Below are positions 8,891-21,494 of a DNA stretch of 64,000 nucleotides, piece after piece; the first letter of the stretch is position 1; the number at the start of each line of letters is the position of its first letter. The position numbers and the translations under genes are program-made. Source of the stretch: Alphaproteobacteria bacterium (GTDB taxonomy: Bacteria > Pseudomonadota > Alphaproteobacteria > Bin95); assembly GCA_964291285.2 (NCBI GenBank), contig OZ219786.1, positions 704,001 to 768,000 of the forward strand. Reading direction: 5' to 3'. Below the pieces are notes generated by a model. The model was not told where the DNA came from, did not search any database, and worked only from the letters and a program-made list of their open reading frames with translations.

Positions 8891-9822
8891 TGAACGCGCT
8901 CTTCGGCGATGCCGGCCGCACGGAGCCGCGCGCGGGCCGCCTCGATCATCGCCGGCGGCCCGCAGACATAGGCGTCAATGTCGCTTGCAGGCGGGTCGAT
9001 CAGCCCGGTGACGAAGCCGGCGTGGAAGGACGGGTCTCCGCCCGGCCCCTCCACGGCGATGCTCACCTGCGCGCCGCTCGCGGCCAGGCGGTCGAGCGCG
9101 AACAGGCGCTCCTCGGAAGCCGCGCCGAACAGCACGACCGCCGGCTGGCGGCCGTCCAGCGCCTCCAGCATGGCCAGGATCGGGGCAAGGCCGGTGCCGC
9201 CCGCCACCATCAGGACGGGCCGGGCCGGCTCGCGCAGGAAGAACCCGCCATAGGGCCCCGACAGGTCGAGCCGGTCGCCGGGCTCCGCGCGCGCCGCCAG
9301 ATAATTCGACATCAGGCCGTCCGGCAGCAGGCGCGCATGGAACTCGGCCCGGTCCCGGCGGGAGAAGGAAAAGGCCCGCTCCGCCCCCGTGCCGGGCACG
9401 CCGATGCGCGCATACTGGCCCGGCAGGAAGGGCAGCTCCGCATCGAGCGCAAGCTCGAACCGCACCGTATCGGCCGCCACGCGCTCCACGGCCTCCAGCA
9501 CGGCCTGCCGGCGCAGCGGGCCGCCGGTCAGCGAGAAGGGATAGGGGAAGCGCAGCGTGCAGTCGCCGAGCGGCAGCATCTGGCAGGTCAGCACCAGGCC
9601 GGCGGCTTCCTCCTCGGCTGTCAACGCCTCCGGGCTGGCGTCGCCCACATCGTATTCGCCCCCGGTGCAGCGCGCCTTGCAGGTGCCGCAGGCGCCTTCC
9701 CGGCAGTCGGTCGCAAGCTCGATGCCATGGGCCTGGGCCGCCTGGAACACCGTCTGCCAGGGCAGGCCCGCGATCTCCCGCTCCGTGCCGTCCTCGAAGA
9801 CGAGGCGCAGGCTGAGGCTCAT
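8866..9822 (-). CDS. 2Fe-2S ferredoxin:NAD(P)H reductase (BenC/XylZ-like electron-transfer component)
   Basis: DCREGACGTCK ferredoxin motif, RAFS FAD motif, AGGTGLAP, YVCGPP, C-terminal ERF. Confidence 0.88.
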   Translation of the reverse strand: MSLSLRLVFEDGTEREIAGLPWQTVFQAAQAHGIELATDCREGACGTCKARCTGGEYDVGDASPEALTAEEEAAGLVLTCQMLPLGDCTLRFPYPFSLTGGPLRRQAVLEAVERVAADTVRFELALDAELPFLPGQYARIGVPGTGAERAFSFSRRDRAEFHARLLPDGLMSNYLAARAEPGDRLDLSGPYGGFFLREPARPVLMVAGGTGLAPILAMLEALDGRQPAVVLFGAASEERLFALDRLAASGAQVSIAVEGPGGDPSFHAGFVTGLIDPPASDIDAYVCGPPAMIEAARARLRAAGIAEERVHCERFLPS

Positions 9823-9861
9823 GCCTCCTCCGCGCTGTTCCGGGGCGCGGATCGGGGCCGT

Positions 9862-10650
9862 CTATTCCGCCGCGACCGCCTGCTGCACCAGGCAGTCGTC
9901 GGGCAGCACGCGGATGGGGTCGAAATCGCGGTGCGCGATCCACTCGGCGCGCTTGAAGCGCGTGATGTGGTTGGAGACCGCGCAGAGGCTGAGATAGACG
10001 ATCACCCGGTCCCACGGGCTGATATTGGGCGGGCTCGCATGGACGAGATTGCCGTGGAACATCACCACGGAGCCCGGCGCGCCGGTCGGGGCCGCGATGC
10101 CGCCCTCGTCCGCCAGCCGCGCCACCGTCTCGCGGTCCAGCGTCCAGAGCGGGTAGCTCGTCGTCTCCAGGTCGTGCCCGGCCTCGAACACGCCCTCCTT
10201 GTGGCTGCCGGCGAGGAACATCAGCGGGCCGTTCGCCGCCGTCACCGGATCGAGGAAGACGGCGATATTCATGGCGCGCGGCTCGGGCATGCCGTCATCG
10301 CGGTGCCAGGTGCCGAAATCCTGGTGCCACTGCCAGACGGCGCCGTCGAAGGCCGCTTTGGCGTTGACCTTGTACTGGTGCATGTAAACCGGCTCGCCCA
10401 GCAACTGCTCGACCGGGCGGATGAGCCGCGGATGCGCGCCGAGGCGCCCGAACATGCCGTTGTAGCGGTGCGCGGCGAAGGCCGTGCGCGGCGCGCCGTT
10501 GTCCTCGCGCCAGACCTCCTCGCGGCCGCTGGCGAACACGGTGTCGGCCTCGCGGCGCAACAGCGCCGCTTCTTCGGCGCTGAACACGCCTTCGAGAAAA
10601 AGGTAGCCCTCCCGGTTGTAGCGGGAGACCTGTTCGGGGGTGAGTTGCAT
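9862..10650 (-). CDS. Phytanoyl-CoA dioxygenase (PhyH) family, EctD-like hydroxylase
   Basis: WQWHQDFGTWHRDDGMP resembles the EctD signature but deviates; GSHK, LVHAS. Confidence 0.8.
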   Translation of the reverse strand: MQLTPEQVSRYNREGYLFLEGVFSAEEAALLRREADTVFASGREEVWREDNGAPRTAFAAHRYNGMFGRLGAHPRLIRPVEQLLGEPVYMHQYKVNAKAAFDGAVWQWHQDFGTWHRDDGMPEPRAMNIAVFLDPVTAANGPLMFLAGSHKEGVFEAGHDLETTSYPLWTLDRETVARLADEGGIAAPTGAPGSVVMFHGNLVHASPPNISPWDRVIVYLSLCAVSNHITRFKRAEWIAHRDFDPIRVLPDDCLVQQAVAAE

Positions 10651-10664
10651 CGCTCCGGTCCTCC

Positions 10665-12155
10665 TCAGCAGAGGTCGCGTTTCAGGATCTTGCCGGTCGC
10701 GCCCAGCGGCAGGCTTTCGCGCAACTCGACGATCCGGGGATACTTATATCCTGCCAGGCGCTCGCGCGCCCAGGCGACTATGGCTTCCGGTTCGGGGCCG
10801 GCGCCGGCGGCGGGCACGACAAAGGCCTTGACCTCCTCGCCATATTGCTCGTCCGGCACGCCGACCACGGCGGCGAGGGAGATCTCCGGATGAGTGACCA
10901 GAAGCTCCTCGACCTCGCGCGGATAGACGTTGAACCCGCCCCGGATGATCATTTCCTTCAGCCGGTCCACGATATAGAGGTAGCCGTCCTCGTCGAAGCG
11001 GCCGATATCGCCGGTGTGGAACCAGCCGCCGCGCAGCGCCTCGGCAGTTTCCTCCGGGCGGCCCAGATAGCCCTTCATCACGCAATGGCCGCGCACCACC
11101 ACCTCGCCGGGCTCGCCCACAGGCACGGGATTGTCCTCCGGGTCCACCACCTGCACCTCGACGCCCCAGACCGGCAGGCCGACGGAACCGACCTTCCGTT
11201 CGCGGTCGCGCCGGTTGAAGCTCACGCCCGGCGAGGTTTCCGAGAGGCCGTAGCCTTCCAGCACCGTCACATCGAACTTCTCCTCGAAGCCGCGCAGGAT
11301 CTCGACCGGCGTCGAGGCGCCGCCGACCGTGACCTGCCGCAGCGTCGAGGCGATGGCGGCGAGGTCGTGCTTCCCGGCGTCGGGATATGTGAGCAGCGCC
11401 CAGAGCATGGTCGGCACACCGGAGAACAGCGTCACCTTCTCGCTCTCCATGAGGCCGAGGCAGAGGCCCGGCTCGAAGCGCGGCGCCAGCACCATGGTCG
11501 CCGCCTTGCGGAACGCCGCCAGCATCTGCACCACCTGCCCGAACACGTGGAACAGCGGCAGGGCGACCAGCACGACATCCTCCGGGTGCACCTCGCCGAG
11601 TTCCACGCAGATTTCGGCGTTCATCAAGAGGTTGGCGTGCGTCAGCATCGCGCCCTTGGGCCGCCCGGTCGTGCCGGAGGTGTAGAGCACGACGGCCGTG
11701 TCGTCGGGGCCGCGCTGCACGGTGTCGAAGGAAGCCTCCGCCGCGGGCGCATCCGCCTCGATGAAATGCCCGCAGGCCGGCGCATCGCCGAAAGCGGCGC
11801 GGCCGACCTCGCCCAGCGGCAGTTCCGCCGAGCCCTCGTGGCAGACCAGCGCCTTCGCCCCGCTGTCGTTCAGGAGGTAGGCCATCTCGTCGCGTTTGAG
11901 CAGGATGGAGACCGGCAGCACCGTCGCCCCGGCCTTCAGCACGCCGAAATAGAAGGCCGGGAAGGCAGGCACGTTGGGGCAGGCGAGCGCCACGATGTCG
12001 CCCGGCCCGATGCCCCGCCCCGCAAGGTCCGCCGCGACCGCCTGCGCCCGCGCGTCGAGCTCCCGGTAACTCATGCGGACCGGCCCCTGCACGATGGCCG
12101 TCTTGTCCGGCCGGTCGCGGGCGCTAGTCTCCAGAATCGTGGCAAGCGAAAGCAT
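10665..12155 (-). CDS. Long-chain acyl-CoA ligase (AMP-binding)
   Basis: YTSGTTGRPKG, EGYGLSET, HTGD, GKILK. Confidence 0.9.
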   Translation of the reverse strand: MLSLATILETSARDRPDKTAIVQGPVRMSYRELDARAQAVAADLAGRGIGPGDIVALACPNVPAFPAFYFGVLKAGATVLPVSILLKRDEMAYLLNDSGAKALVCHEGSAELPLGEVGRAAFGDAPACGHFIEADAPAAEASFDTVQRGPDDTAVVLYTSGTTGRPKGAMLTHANLLMNAEICVELGEVHPEDVVLVALPLFHVFGQVVQMLAAFRKAATMVLAPRFEPGLCLGLMESEKVTLFSGVPTMLWALLTYPDAGKHDLAAIASTLRQVTVGGASTPVEILRGFEEKFDVTVLEGYGLSETSPGVSFNRRDRERKVGSVGLPVWGVEVQVVDPEDNPVPVGEPGEVVVRGHCVMKGYLGRPEETAEALRGGWFHTGDIGRFDEDGYLYIVDRLKEMIIRGGFNVYPREVEELLVTHPEISLAAVVGVPDEQYGEEVKAFVVPAAGAGPEPEAIVAWARERLAGYKYPRIVELRESLPLGATGKILKRDLC

Positions 12156-12272
12156 GAAAGCGGGTCTCCGGTTCGGCCGCCATACGGGGGCGGCAACTCC
12201 CTGCGCGCCAGCCTAAGGCCCCCGGTCCCCGCCGCCAAGGCGGGACGCCCGCTTCCCGTTCCCCGCCCGCCT

Positions 12273-13031
12273 CTATCCGGCGGCATGCATCGTGTAGCTG
12301 AAGCCGATGGGCGAAACGCAAATGCGGTCGGTGTAGACGACCGGTCGGTCGCCCTCCGAGAAATGTTTTTGCGAGAGCATGAGCAGCGCCCGGTCGCCAT
12401 CCGCGTTCAACAGCTTCGCCTCGCTGGAATCGGCGTTGGCAGGCTGAATTCTGGTTTCGATCCGACCGATCCTGAAGCCAAGATTTTCTTCGACCAGAAG
12501 CTCCTCGGTAGGCACGCGGTCCAGGGCCGACGTATCGAATTTGGGAAATACGTCCGGAGGAAAGAAACAACTCTCCGCCTCCACCGCCTCTTCCCCGATA
12601 AACCGCAGCCTTTCCAGAACGAAAACCGGCTCGTCCGACTCTATGTTCAGCGCTCTCGATACATCGGACGGCGCCTTCTTGCGGCCGAATGCCATCAGCC
12701 GGTAAGTGACGTCGTCCTCCTCCGGCGCGGTCCCGTCGCCGAACATCGGCAGACTGTGCATATCGACGCTGAAATCCGGGGCCGTTGCCTGCCTGCCGTC
12801 GGAACGAAACGCCCCGGCGCTGGCGAAGGTGCCTCGGCCGGGAAACCGCTCGATCCAGCCCTCCCATGCCAGCCGGGACATGGCGAATTGCACCGTCGCC
12901 CGGCTGACGCCGAACATGACCGCAATATCGGCTTCTGTGGGAAGCTGTTCTCCGGTTCCGATCCGCCCCTGCTGAATCCGCTCGCAGAAATGATCGTAGA
13001 TGCGGGAGTGAGCTGGCGCCGGCTTCTCCAA
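12273..13031 (-). CDS. GntR (HutC subfamily) transcriptional regulator with UTRA domain
   Basis: GEQLPTEADIAVMFGVSRATVQ...GRGTF wHTH; start tentatively TTG at 13031. Confidence 0.85.
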   Translation of the reverse strand: MEKPAPAHSRIYDHFCERIQQGRIGTGEQLPTEADIAVMFGVSRATVQFAMSRLAWEGWIERFPGRGTFASAGAFRSDGRQATAPDFSVDMHSLPMFGDGTAPEEDDVTYRLMAFGRKKAPSDVSRALNIESDEPVFVLERLRFIGEEAVEAESCFFPPDVFPKFDTSALDRVPTEELLVEENLGFRIGRIETRIQPANADSSEAKLLNADGDRALLMLSQKHFSEGDRPVVYTDRICVSPIGFSYTMHAAG

Positions 13032-13124
13032 CTTTCCGACCCCCTGGCGTTCCGACCACTTTGTCCGGTATCGGAATCTAGGCAAGTCGCACAAAATGAC
13101 AACGATATTCTCCAATATAACAGC

Positions 13125-13135
13125 TTGTAATACAA
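13125..13135. promoter_or_regulatory. Palindrome TTGTA-A-TACAA, candidate GntR operator
   Basis: Perfect palindrome with GT..AC core in the AT-rich region upstream of the gntR gene. Confidence 0.45.
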
Positions 13136-13773
13136 ACATTTTTTTGCCAGAAAAGACTGTCTGATTCAGAGCAGATCAATGCATTTCAGACTGTCATTTT
13201 GTCTCCATCCCGGGGTTGGATCGACCATGGGTATTTCGGGGCGTTGCGCACGCCCGTCACCCGGCGAACGGCCGTTATGCGCGCGCGGCCGGTCTTCTGC
13301 CATTCGACCCTCGCGGGCTCGGCGGCACGGGGTTGAGGGGGGCGTGCAGGCGCGCGGGCAGTCGGGGCGGGAGGCCGGGCGGCGGCCGCTTGCGGTGCTG
13401 GTTTGGCCGCCGGTCCCGGCCCGTCCCGAAATGCGCCGGCCGCTGCGTCATTCGACCTGAAAAGACCGTCTTGTATCGAGCGAATTAGATGTAATAAATT
13501 GCTTATTGACTACCTATTTTCCGAGGCGTGTGCGCTGTTTGGAAGTGCTTTCTGAGCAAGGCATTGCGGAGGGTCTGGATTTTTCTTACCCCGTCAGGAT
13601 GGCTGATTTCCGGGGTTTTTGCGGTTTGAAGGGAAAGGTTTTGTGGATTTCCACCCCATGGCCGTGCGCGGGCTGGTTTTCGGGCGCGTCGCGTTGAGGC
13701 GCGGGACTGAGTAGAAGGTGTCGCCATCGGGCCTGCGGCCCTTGTTCCATCCACCGGCGCTGGTTGGGAGAAC

Positions 13774-15252
13774 GTGATGGCGACAGCGGAGAAGTTAGCC
13801 TTTTCGTGGTGGTCTGTGGAGGGCCTTGCGGACCTTGAGCGTCTGCGTGTGGTGCTCGACACGCTTCCCGACGAGAAGGTTGTGGCTGCGCTTGAGGCGG
13901 GTCGAGGCCGGGGTCGCAACGACTACCCGGTGCGGGCGATGTGGCGGGCTCTGATCGCGGGGATCGTGTTCCAGCATGCCTCGATGCAGTCGCTGCTGCG
14001 TGAGCTGGGCCGCAACCCGGCATTGCTTGAGATTTGCGGGTTCGAGGCGCTGCCCTTGCAGGGTGCGCCGGTGGTGGCGCTTTGCGCAGGGCGCGCGGTG
14101 AGGCGTCCGGCGCCGTTGCGCTCGACGGTGCCGGGCGCCTGGAACTTCTCGCGGTTCCTGGGGCGCGTGGTGCGCCTTGAGGACGAGCGCGGCCTTGTGT
14201 CGGGGATGATCGGGCGTCTGCGCGCCTCGCTGTTCGAGGAGTTGCCGGACTTCGGTCGCCATCTCGGCTACGACGGCAAGGCGGTGGCGAGCCACTCGAC
14301 GGGCCGGGTTGCCGGGGCCAGGGGGCAGACCTCGGACCCCGATGCGGACTGGGGCAGGCACGAGACGGGCGGGGTGAACGCGAAGACCGGCGCGGTGTGG
14401 AAGAAGGTGAAGTCGTGGTTCGGCTACGGGCTGCACCTGATCGCCGACACGGACCACGAGGTTCCTGTGGCCTTCGAGGTGACGCGGGCGTCGGCATCGG
14501 AACCCGGGGTGCTGTCCGGGATGCTGGAGGAGTTGTTCGCCGAGGCGCCGGAGATGGCCGGGCGCTGCGCCGATTTCAGCGCCGACCGCGGTCTCGACAA
14601 CGCCCGCCTGAAGGCGCGGCTGTGGGACAGGTGGCATATCCGCCCGCTGATCGACACGCGCCTGATGTGGCGGGCGGAGAAGAAGGAGCCGGGCCATGAC
14701 CCGGCCCGGCCGATCACGCGACCGCTGTTCCCCGGGCGCGCCGACGTCATCGTTCATGACGAACGCGGCCGGGTGTCCTGCGTGTGCCCGCAGACCGGCG
14801 AGGTCCGCGCCATGGCCTTCCAGGGGTTCGAGGCCGGGCGCGGCGTCTGCGGCACGCTCAAATACCGCTGCCCCGCAGCCGCCTTCGGCTTCGAGTGCAA
14901 GGGACGCCGGGCCTGCCATCGGGCGGGTGGGGTGAAGTCCGGCGAATACGGCCGCATCCTGCGCGTCGACCTCGACAGCCATGACCGGCGTATCTTCACG
15001 CCCACGCCCTGGGGCAGCCCGTCATGGCGGCGCGGATACAACCGGCGCACCGCCATGGAGCGGATCAACGCCCGCCTCGACCGCAGCTTCAACTTCGAGA
15101 CCCATTACATCCGCGGACGCGCGAAGATGAAGACCCGCATCGGGCTGGCCCTGGCGGTCATGATGGCCATGGCGCTTGCACAGGCCCGCGCCGGACGCGT
15201 CGCACGCATGCGCTCCTTGGTCGGCCCGGCGCCATACCTCGATACCGGCTGA
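13774..15252 (+). mobile_element. DDE transposase, IS5/IS1182-like
   Basis: DYPVRAMW N-terminal domain, DGK, DPDADWG, WFGYGLHL, ADRGLD, YNRRTAMERIN; element ends not securely defined. Confidence 0.85.
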
Positions 15253-15545
15253 CCCCTCAGCCGACTGCCGACAACGCTGACCCAACCCGCCGGACCCCGG
15301 CATACGGACAAACGCGACCGAAGGCCGGCGATGCTGCCGGGCTGGGCCGCTCAAGTTCGAAAAGCAACCGCGGCGACCGCCTCGAACGCCGGAACAAACA
15401 ACATCAACACCCGGACCCAACGTCCCATCCGACCGGAAAAACCCCACAGCGCAAATTTCTCTTTTCCAGACCATACAGTCATTTTCGTCGACAGCGTGGC
15501 GGACACCCGGACGAGCCGCGCTCCGGAGCAAGAAAGGAAACGCAC

Positions 15546-16331
15546 ATGTCCACCCTCCTCCCTACACCTCCGCTTGATGAGAGGACCCGCTCGCGCAGGT
15601 TGCTGGGCGGCCTCGTCGCCGCGTCCGCCATGGCGGCCCTGGCCCTGGCAACGCCGGCTGCAGCCGAGAAGGCGGCCGAGGCCGAAAAGATGGAAGCCGA
15701 GGTCTGCATGCTGGCGGGCATCGAGATCCCGAAAGCCGAGGACGCCGACTGCCCGACGGACGTGCTCTCCACGCTCCGCACCTATTATTACGAATACGAG
15801 GCGCCCAAGATGGGTGAGGACGGCGCTCCGGTCATGGATGAGGAGACGGGCGAGGTCGTCATGGAAGTCCACAAGGAAACCTTTGGGCTGATGGCGACCC
15901 TTCTGGAGGCGGCGGGCTTCGGCGACGCCCTCATGGGCGCGCCCGGCACCGTGTTTGCGCTTCCCGACTCCGTTCTGGCTCCTGTCGTGGACGCTCTCGC
16001 CGAGGCCATGAAGGACGAGGAGATGCGCGACGCGGTCATGGCCGAGGTCGCAGCGGCGGCCGGCTCGCACGCGCTGAACGAGCCGATGGCGAAGGGCGCC
16101 TTCCAGAACGCCAACGGCAAGGTGTGGACGCTCGCCGGCGGCTGGCAGTCAGCGGCCCCGCCGCTTTCGTTCTACGCACTCGGCGGCGACGGCAGCGTCA
16201 AGGTCAACGGCGTCATGCTGGACCGGACCCTGACCGCGCCGGACGGCAGCGTCATCCACACCATCGCCAGCCCGCTGGTGGCCCTGCCGCAGCCGGCGAT
16301 GGAGATGGAGATGGCCGAAAAGAGCGGCTGA
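15546..16331 (+). CDS. Secreted fasciclin (FAS1)-like domain protein
   Basis: Signal peptide with RR; TFGLMATLLEAAG...TVFALPD and VKVNG...VIHTIASPL match FAS1 H1/H2; RBS AAGGA. Confidence 0.65.
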   Translation: MSTLLPTPPLDERTRSRRLLGGLVAASAMAALALATPAAAEKAAEAEKMEAEVCMLAGIEIPKAEDADCPTDVLSTLRTYYYEYEAPKMGEDGAPVMDEETGEVVMEVHKETFGLMATLLEAAGFGDALMGAPGTVFALPDSVLAPVVDALAEAMKDEEMRDAVMAEVAAAAGSHALNEPMAKGAFQNANGKVWTLAGGWQSAAPPLSFYALGGDGSVKVNGVMLDRTLTAPDGSVIHTIASPLVALPQPAMEMEMAEKSG

Positions 16332-16446
16332 CGGCGACCGCAGCGGCCGGACGGAGGAGCAGCGCCTCCCCCGTCCGGAGCCGGTCCCTTTCATACCTTC
16401 CGCCAAGCGCCCGACTGTCCCACGCTTGCACGGGAAACCTGCGAAG

Positions 16447-16472
16447 CCCCGGAGGGTTGCCTCCGGGGTTTT
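16447..16472 (+). terminator. Rho-independent terminator
   Basis: CCCCGGAGG-GTTG-CCTCCGGGG followed by TTTT. Confidence 0.7.
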
Positions 16473-16548
16473 CCTTCTCCGCTTCCCTTTCCGCCGCCGC
16501 CGATATATCGGTGCGGCCGTCCTGCGCCCGTTGACCGGAGGGGAAGGC

Positions 16549-17787
16549 ATGTACGACCTGCTGGAAGGCCTGCGGATCGTGGAGGGGTCGGCCTTCGTGG
16601 CCGCGCCGCTCGGCGGCATGGCGCTCGGCCAGCTCGGCGCCGACGTGATCCGCTTCGATGCGCTGGAGGGCGGGCTCGACTACCGGCGCTGGCCCGTGAC
16701 CGACAAGGGCGACAGCATCTACTGGGCGGGGCTCAACAAGGGCAAGCGGTCCTTCCGCGTCGATATCCGCAACCCGCGCGGGCGCGAACTGGTGCAGGCG
16801 CTGATTGCCGCGCCGGGGCCGGAGGGCGGCATCTTCCTCACCAACCTGCCCGCCCGCGGCTGGCTCGGATACGAGGCGCTCTCGGCCATGCGGGCGGACC
16901 TCATCCTGCTGAATGTGCTCGGCACCCGCAGCGGCGCCCCGCAGGTGGACTACACCGTCAACGCCTCGGTCGGCTTTCCCCATGTCACCGGGCCGGAAGG
17001 CCGGGAAGGACCGGTCAACAACGTGCTGCCGGCCTGGGACATCGCGACCGGCATGACCGCCGCCGCCGGGCTGCTCGCGGCCGAGCGCCGCCGGGCGCGC
17101 ACGGGCGCGGGCGGGCTCATCCGCCTGCCGCTGCTCGATGTCGCGCTCTGGGCGACGGCAACGCTCGGCTATGTCGGCGAGGCGGTGGTCAATGGCGAGG
17201 ACCGGCCGCGGGTCGGAAACCATATCTTCGGCACCTTCGGGCGCGACTTCCGCACCGCCGACGGCCGCGACGTCATGGTCTGCCTGTTCACTTCCCGCAA
17301 CCTCCGGGGCATCGCCGAGGCGGCCGATCTGGACCTTGCCTTCAGCCGGATCGAGGCGGAACACGGCGCGGACCTGAACGACGAGGCGGACCGCTGGCGC
17401 CTGCGCGAGGAGATTGCCGCCGCCGTCGAGCCGTGGATCGCCGCGCGCCCGCTCGCCGCGGTGGCCGAAGCCTTCGATGCGCACGGCGTGTTGTGGGGCC
17501 CCTACCTGACGTTCCGCGAGATGGCGGACGACCCGGGGCTGGTCGGGGACAATCCGCTCTTCGAGCGCATCGAGCAGCCGGGCATGGGCGCCTGGCCGGT
17601 ACCGGGCGCGCCGCTCGATTTCGCCGGCCTTGCGCGCGGCCGGCCGCGGCCCGCGCCGCGCCTTGGCGAGCACACGGACGAGATTCTGGCCGGCATACTG
17701 GGCCTGCCCGATGCCGAGATCGGACGCCTGCATGACGAAGGCGTGGTCAGGGGGCCCGACAGCCAGCCCGGAAGTCTTGGCCCGTAG
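16549..17787 (+). CDS. mct: Mesaconyl-CoA C1-C4 CoA-transferase / 2-methylfumaryl-CoA isomerase (class III CoA transferase)
   Basis: VEGSAFVAAPLGGM...GGLDYRRWPVT...WAGLNKGKRS, VDYTVN and VLPAWDI match Mct-type enzymes as recalled. Confidence 0.75.
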   Translation: MYDLLEGLRIVEGSAFVAAPLGGMALGQLGADVIRFDALEGGLDYRRWPVTDKGDSIYWAGLNKGKRSFRVDIRNPRGRELVQALIAAPGPEGGIFLTNLPARGWLGYEALSAMRADLILLNVLGTRSGAPQVDYTVNASVGFPHVTGPEGREGPVNNVLPAWDIATGMTAAAGLLAAERRRARTGAGGLIRLPLLDVALWATATLGYVGEAVVNGEDRPRVGNHIFGTFGRDFRTADGRDVMVCLFTSRNLRGIAEAADLDLAFSRIEAEHGADLNDEADRWRLREEIAAAVEPWIAARPLAAVAEAFDAHGVLWGPYLTFREMADDPGLVGDNPLFERIEQPGMGAWPVPGAPLDFAGLARGRPRPAPRLGEHTDEILAGILGLPDAEIGRLHDEGVVRGPDSQPGSLGP

Positions 17788-17839
17788 GGCGAACGGCGCT
17801 ATGGTCCGCAATCTGGAGTGTGCGGAAATATCAATCGGA

Positions 17840-18345
17840 ATGTCGAAAATGTTGGCGCGCCCGCTGATCGTTTTGTCGATGCTCCTGGCCAGCGCCGCCG
17901 CGGCGCAGGAGCCGAAGCGCATTGCCGCGCATCATGACTGGGTGGCTTATGTGTACGGGTCCGGCGACGACAGGATCTGCTACATCGCCTCCAGTCCGAC
18001 CGGCTGGAAGCCCAAGGGCATCAACCGCGACCCGGCCTATTTCCAGGTGGCGCATTTTCCGGGCCGGAACCTGAGGGGCGAGATCCATGTCGAGGTCGGC
18101 TATCCGCTGAAGCCGAACAGCCGGCCCCGCGCGCGCGTCAGGGTCAAGAAGAAGAGGCAGGACTTCCGCTTCTTCGTCAAGGACAGCTCCGCCTGGGTGG
18201 TGGAGCAGAAGAACGCGCCCGTGGTGGAGGCGATGAAGGCCGGCAGCACGATGGCCTTCACGGCAACTTCGGCGCGCGGCACCGTGGTCACCGACAGCTA
18301 TTCGCTCAGGGGCTTTACCGCCGCCTACAAGGCGATCAACAAGGC

Positions 18346-18358
<13 letters not shown>
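17840..18358 (+). CDS. Invasion-associated locus B (IalB)-like periplasmic protein
   Basis: Signal peptide, DWVAY...[25 protein letters not shown]; typical position upstream of rlmN in alphaproteobacteria. Confidence 0.7.
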
Positions 18359-20696
<2,338 letters not shown>

Positions 20697-20711
20697 GGGC
20701 GCAACGACTCC

Positions 20712-21359
20712 TCAGCCGCCCTCCTCCCGCAACACGATATCGCCGTACCAGGCGCGGGCGCGCTGGCGGCTGTTGTCGGCGTCCGTCATCACGGCGACGC
20801 CCTCCAGTTCGTCCACCTCGCGGCCGAACAGGCGGCGGAAATCCTCGCGCACATTGCGGCGGTAGCTCCGCCATTCGCCGGCATGGGCCGGGCCGGACTC
20901 GACCGCCACCATGCGGACCTTGGCGGTGAACGGGTTGGACCAGTCCGCGCCGATGGGCGCGCTGGCCGACCAGACATAGGAGATCGCGACGGGCAGCGCG
21001 AACAGTCCCTCGCCCGGCGCCACGACATAGACGCGCGCCGCGAAATCGTCGCCCGCCTTGACGCGCTCGTCGGGGACCCGAAGCGGCGCCTCCACCCGCC
21101 AGCGCCACTCCAGCACCGGGCGTGCGGCAAGGTCGATCTCCCGCTCGAGATAGAAGCTGGACGCGGCGCCATCGCTTTTCGCTTCCAGCACCCGGGTCCC
21201 GCCGGCCTCGACGATCCGGTAGCGGGTCTCGCCCTCGAAATGGCGGAGCTGCCAGCCTTCCGTGTCGCCGGCCGAAAAGCGGCCCAGCACGAGCGGCTCC
21301 GCGCGAAGCGGCAGGGCGGCGAGCAGCGCGGCGGCCAACAGGGCGAAGCGGACGGTCAT
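20712..21359 (-). CDS. DUF3047-like exported protein
   Basis: Signal peptide, DDFAARVYV, ISYVW, VAVMTDADNS. Confidence 0.7.
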   Translation of the reverse strand: MTVRFALLAAALLAALPLRAEPLVLGRFSAGDTEGWQLRHFEGETRYRIVEAGGTRVLEAKSDGAASSFYLEREIDLAARPVLEWRWRVEAPLRVPDERVKAGDDFAARVYVVAPGEGLFALPVAISYVWSASAPIGADWSNPFTAKVRMVAVESGPAHAGEWRSYRRNVREDFRRLFGREVDELEGVAVMTDADNSRQRARAWYGDIVLREEGG

Positions 21360-21494
21360 GGCGTCTCAATATCGCAGCCCCCGCCCGCCGTCACGCGGTT
21401 GCGGCAAAGCGGTCCGGGGAGTGTCGGAGTCCTTCCGCGCGGGGGTATTTCCCTTTAGCATCGGGCGGACCCTGTGCCGGAGGTGCCGCGCCCC

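Noticed and set aside
9862-10650. Calling the PhyH-family gene ectD
   Set aside because: The signature deviates from EctD (HQDFGTW vs HSDFETW) and no ectABC genes are nearby
13200-13500. Possible highly diverged copy of the dispersed element on the minus strand
   Set aside because: Only vague GC-rich similarity; lacks the 29-bp core and the CATGACA array
13572-15472. GGTCTGGA / TCCAGACC as the TIRs of the IS5/IS1182-like element
   Set aside because: Only 8 bp and no target duplication; too weak to define the ends
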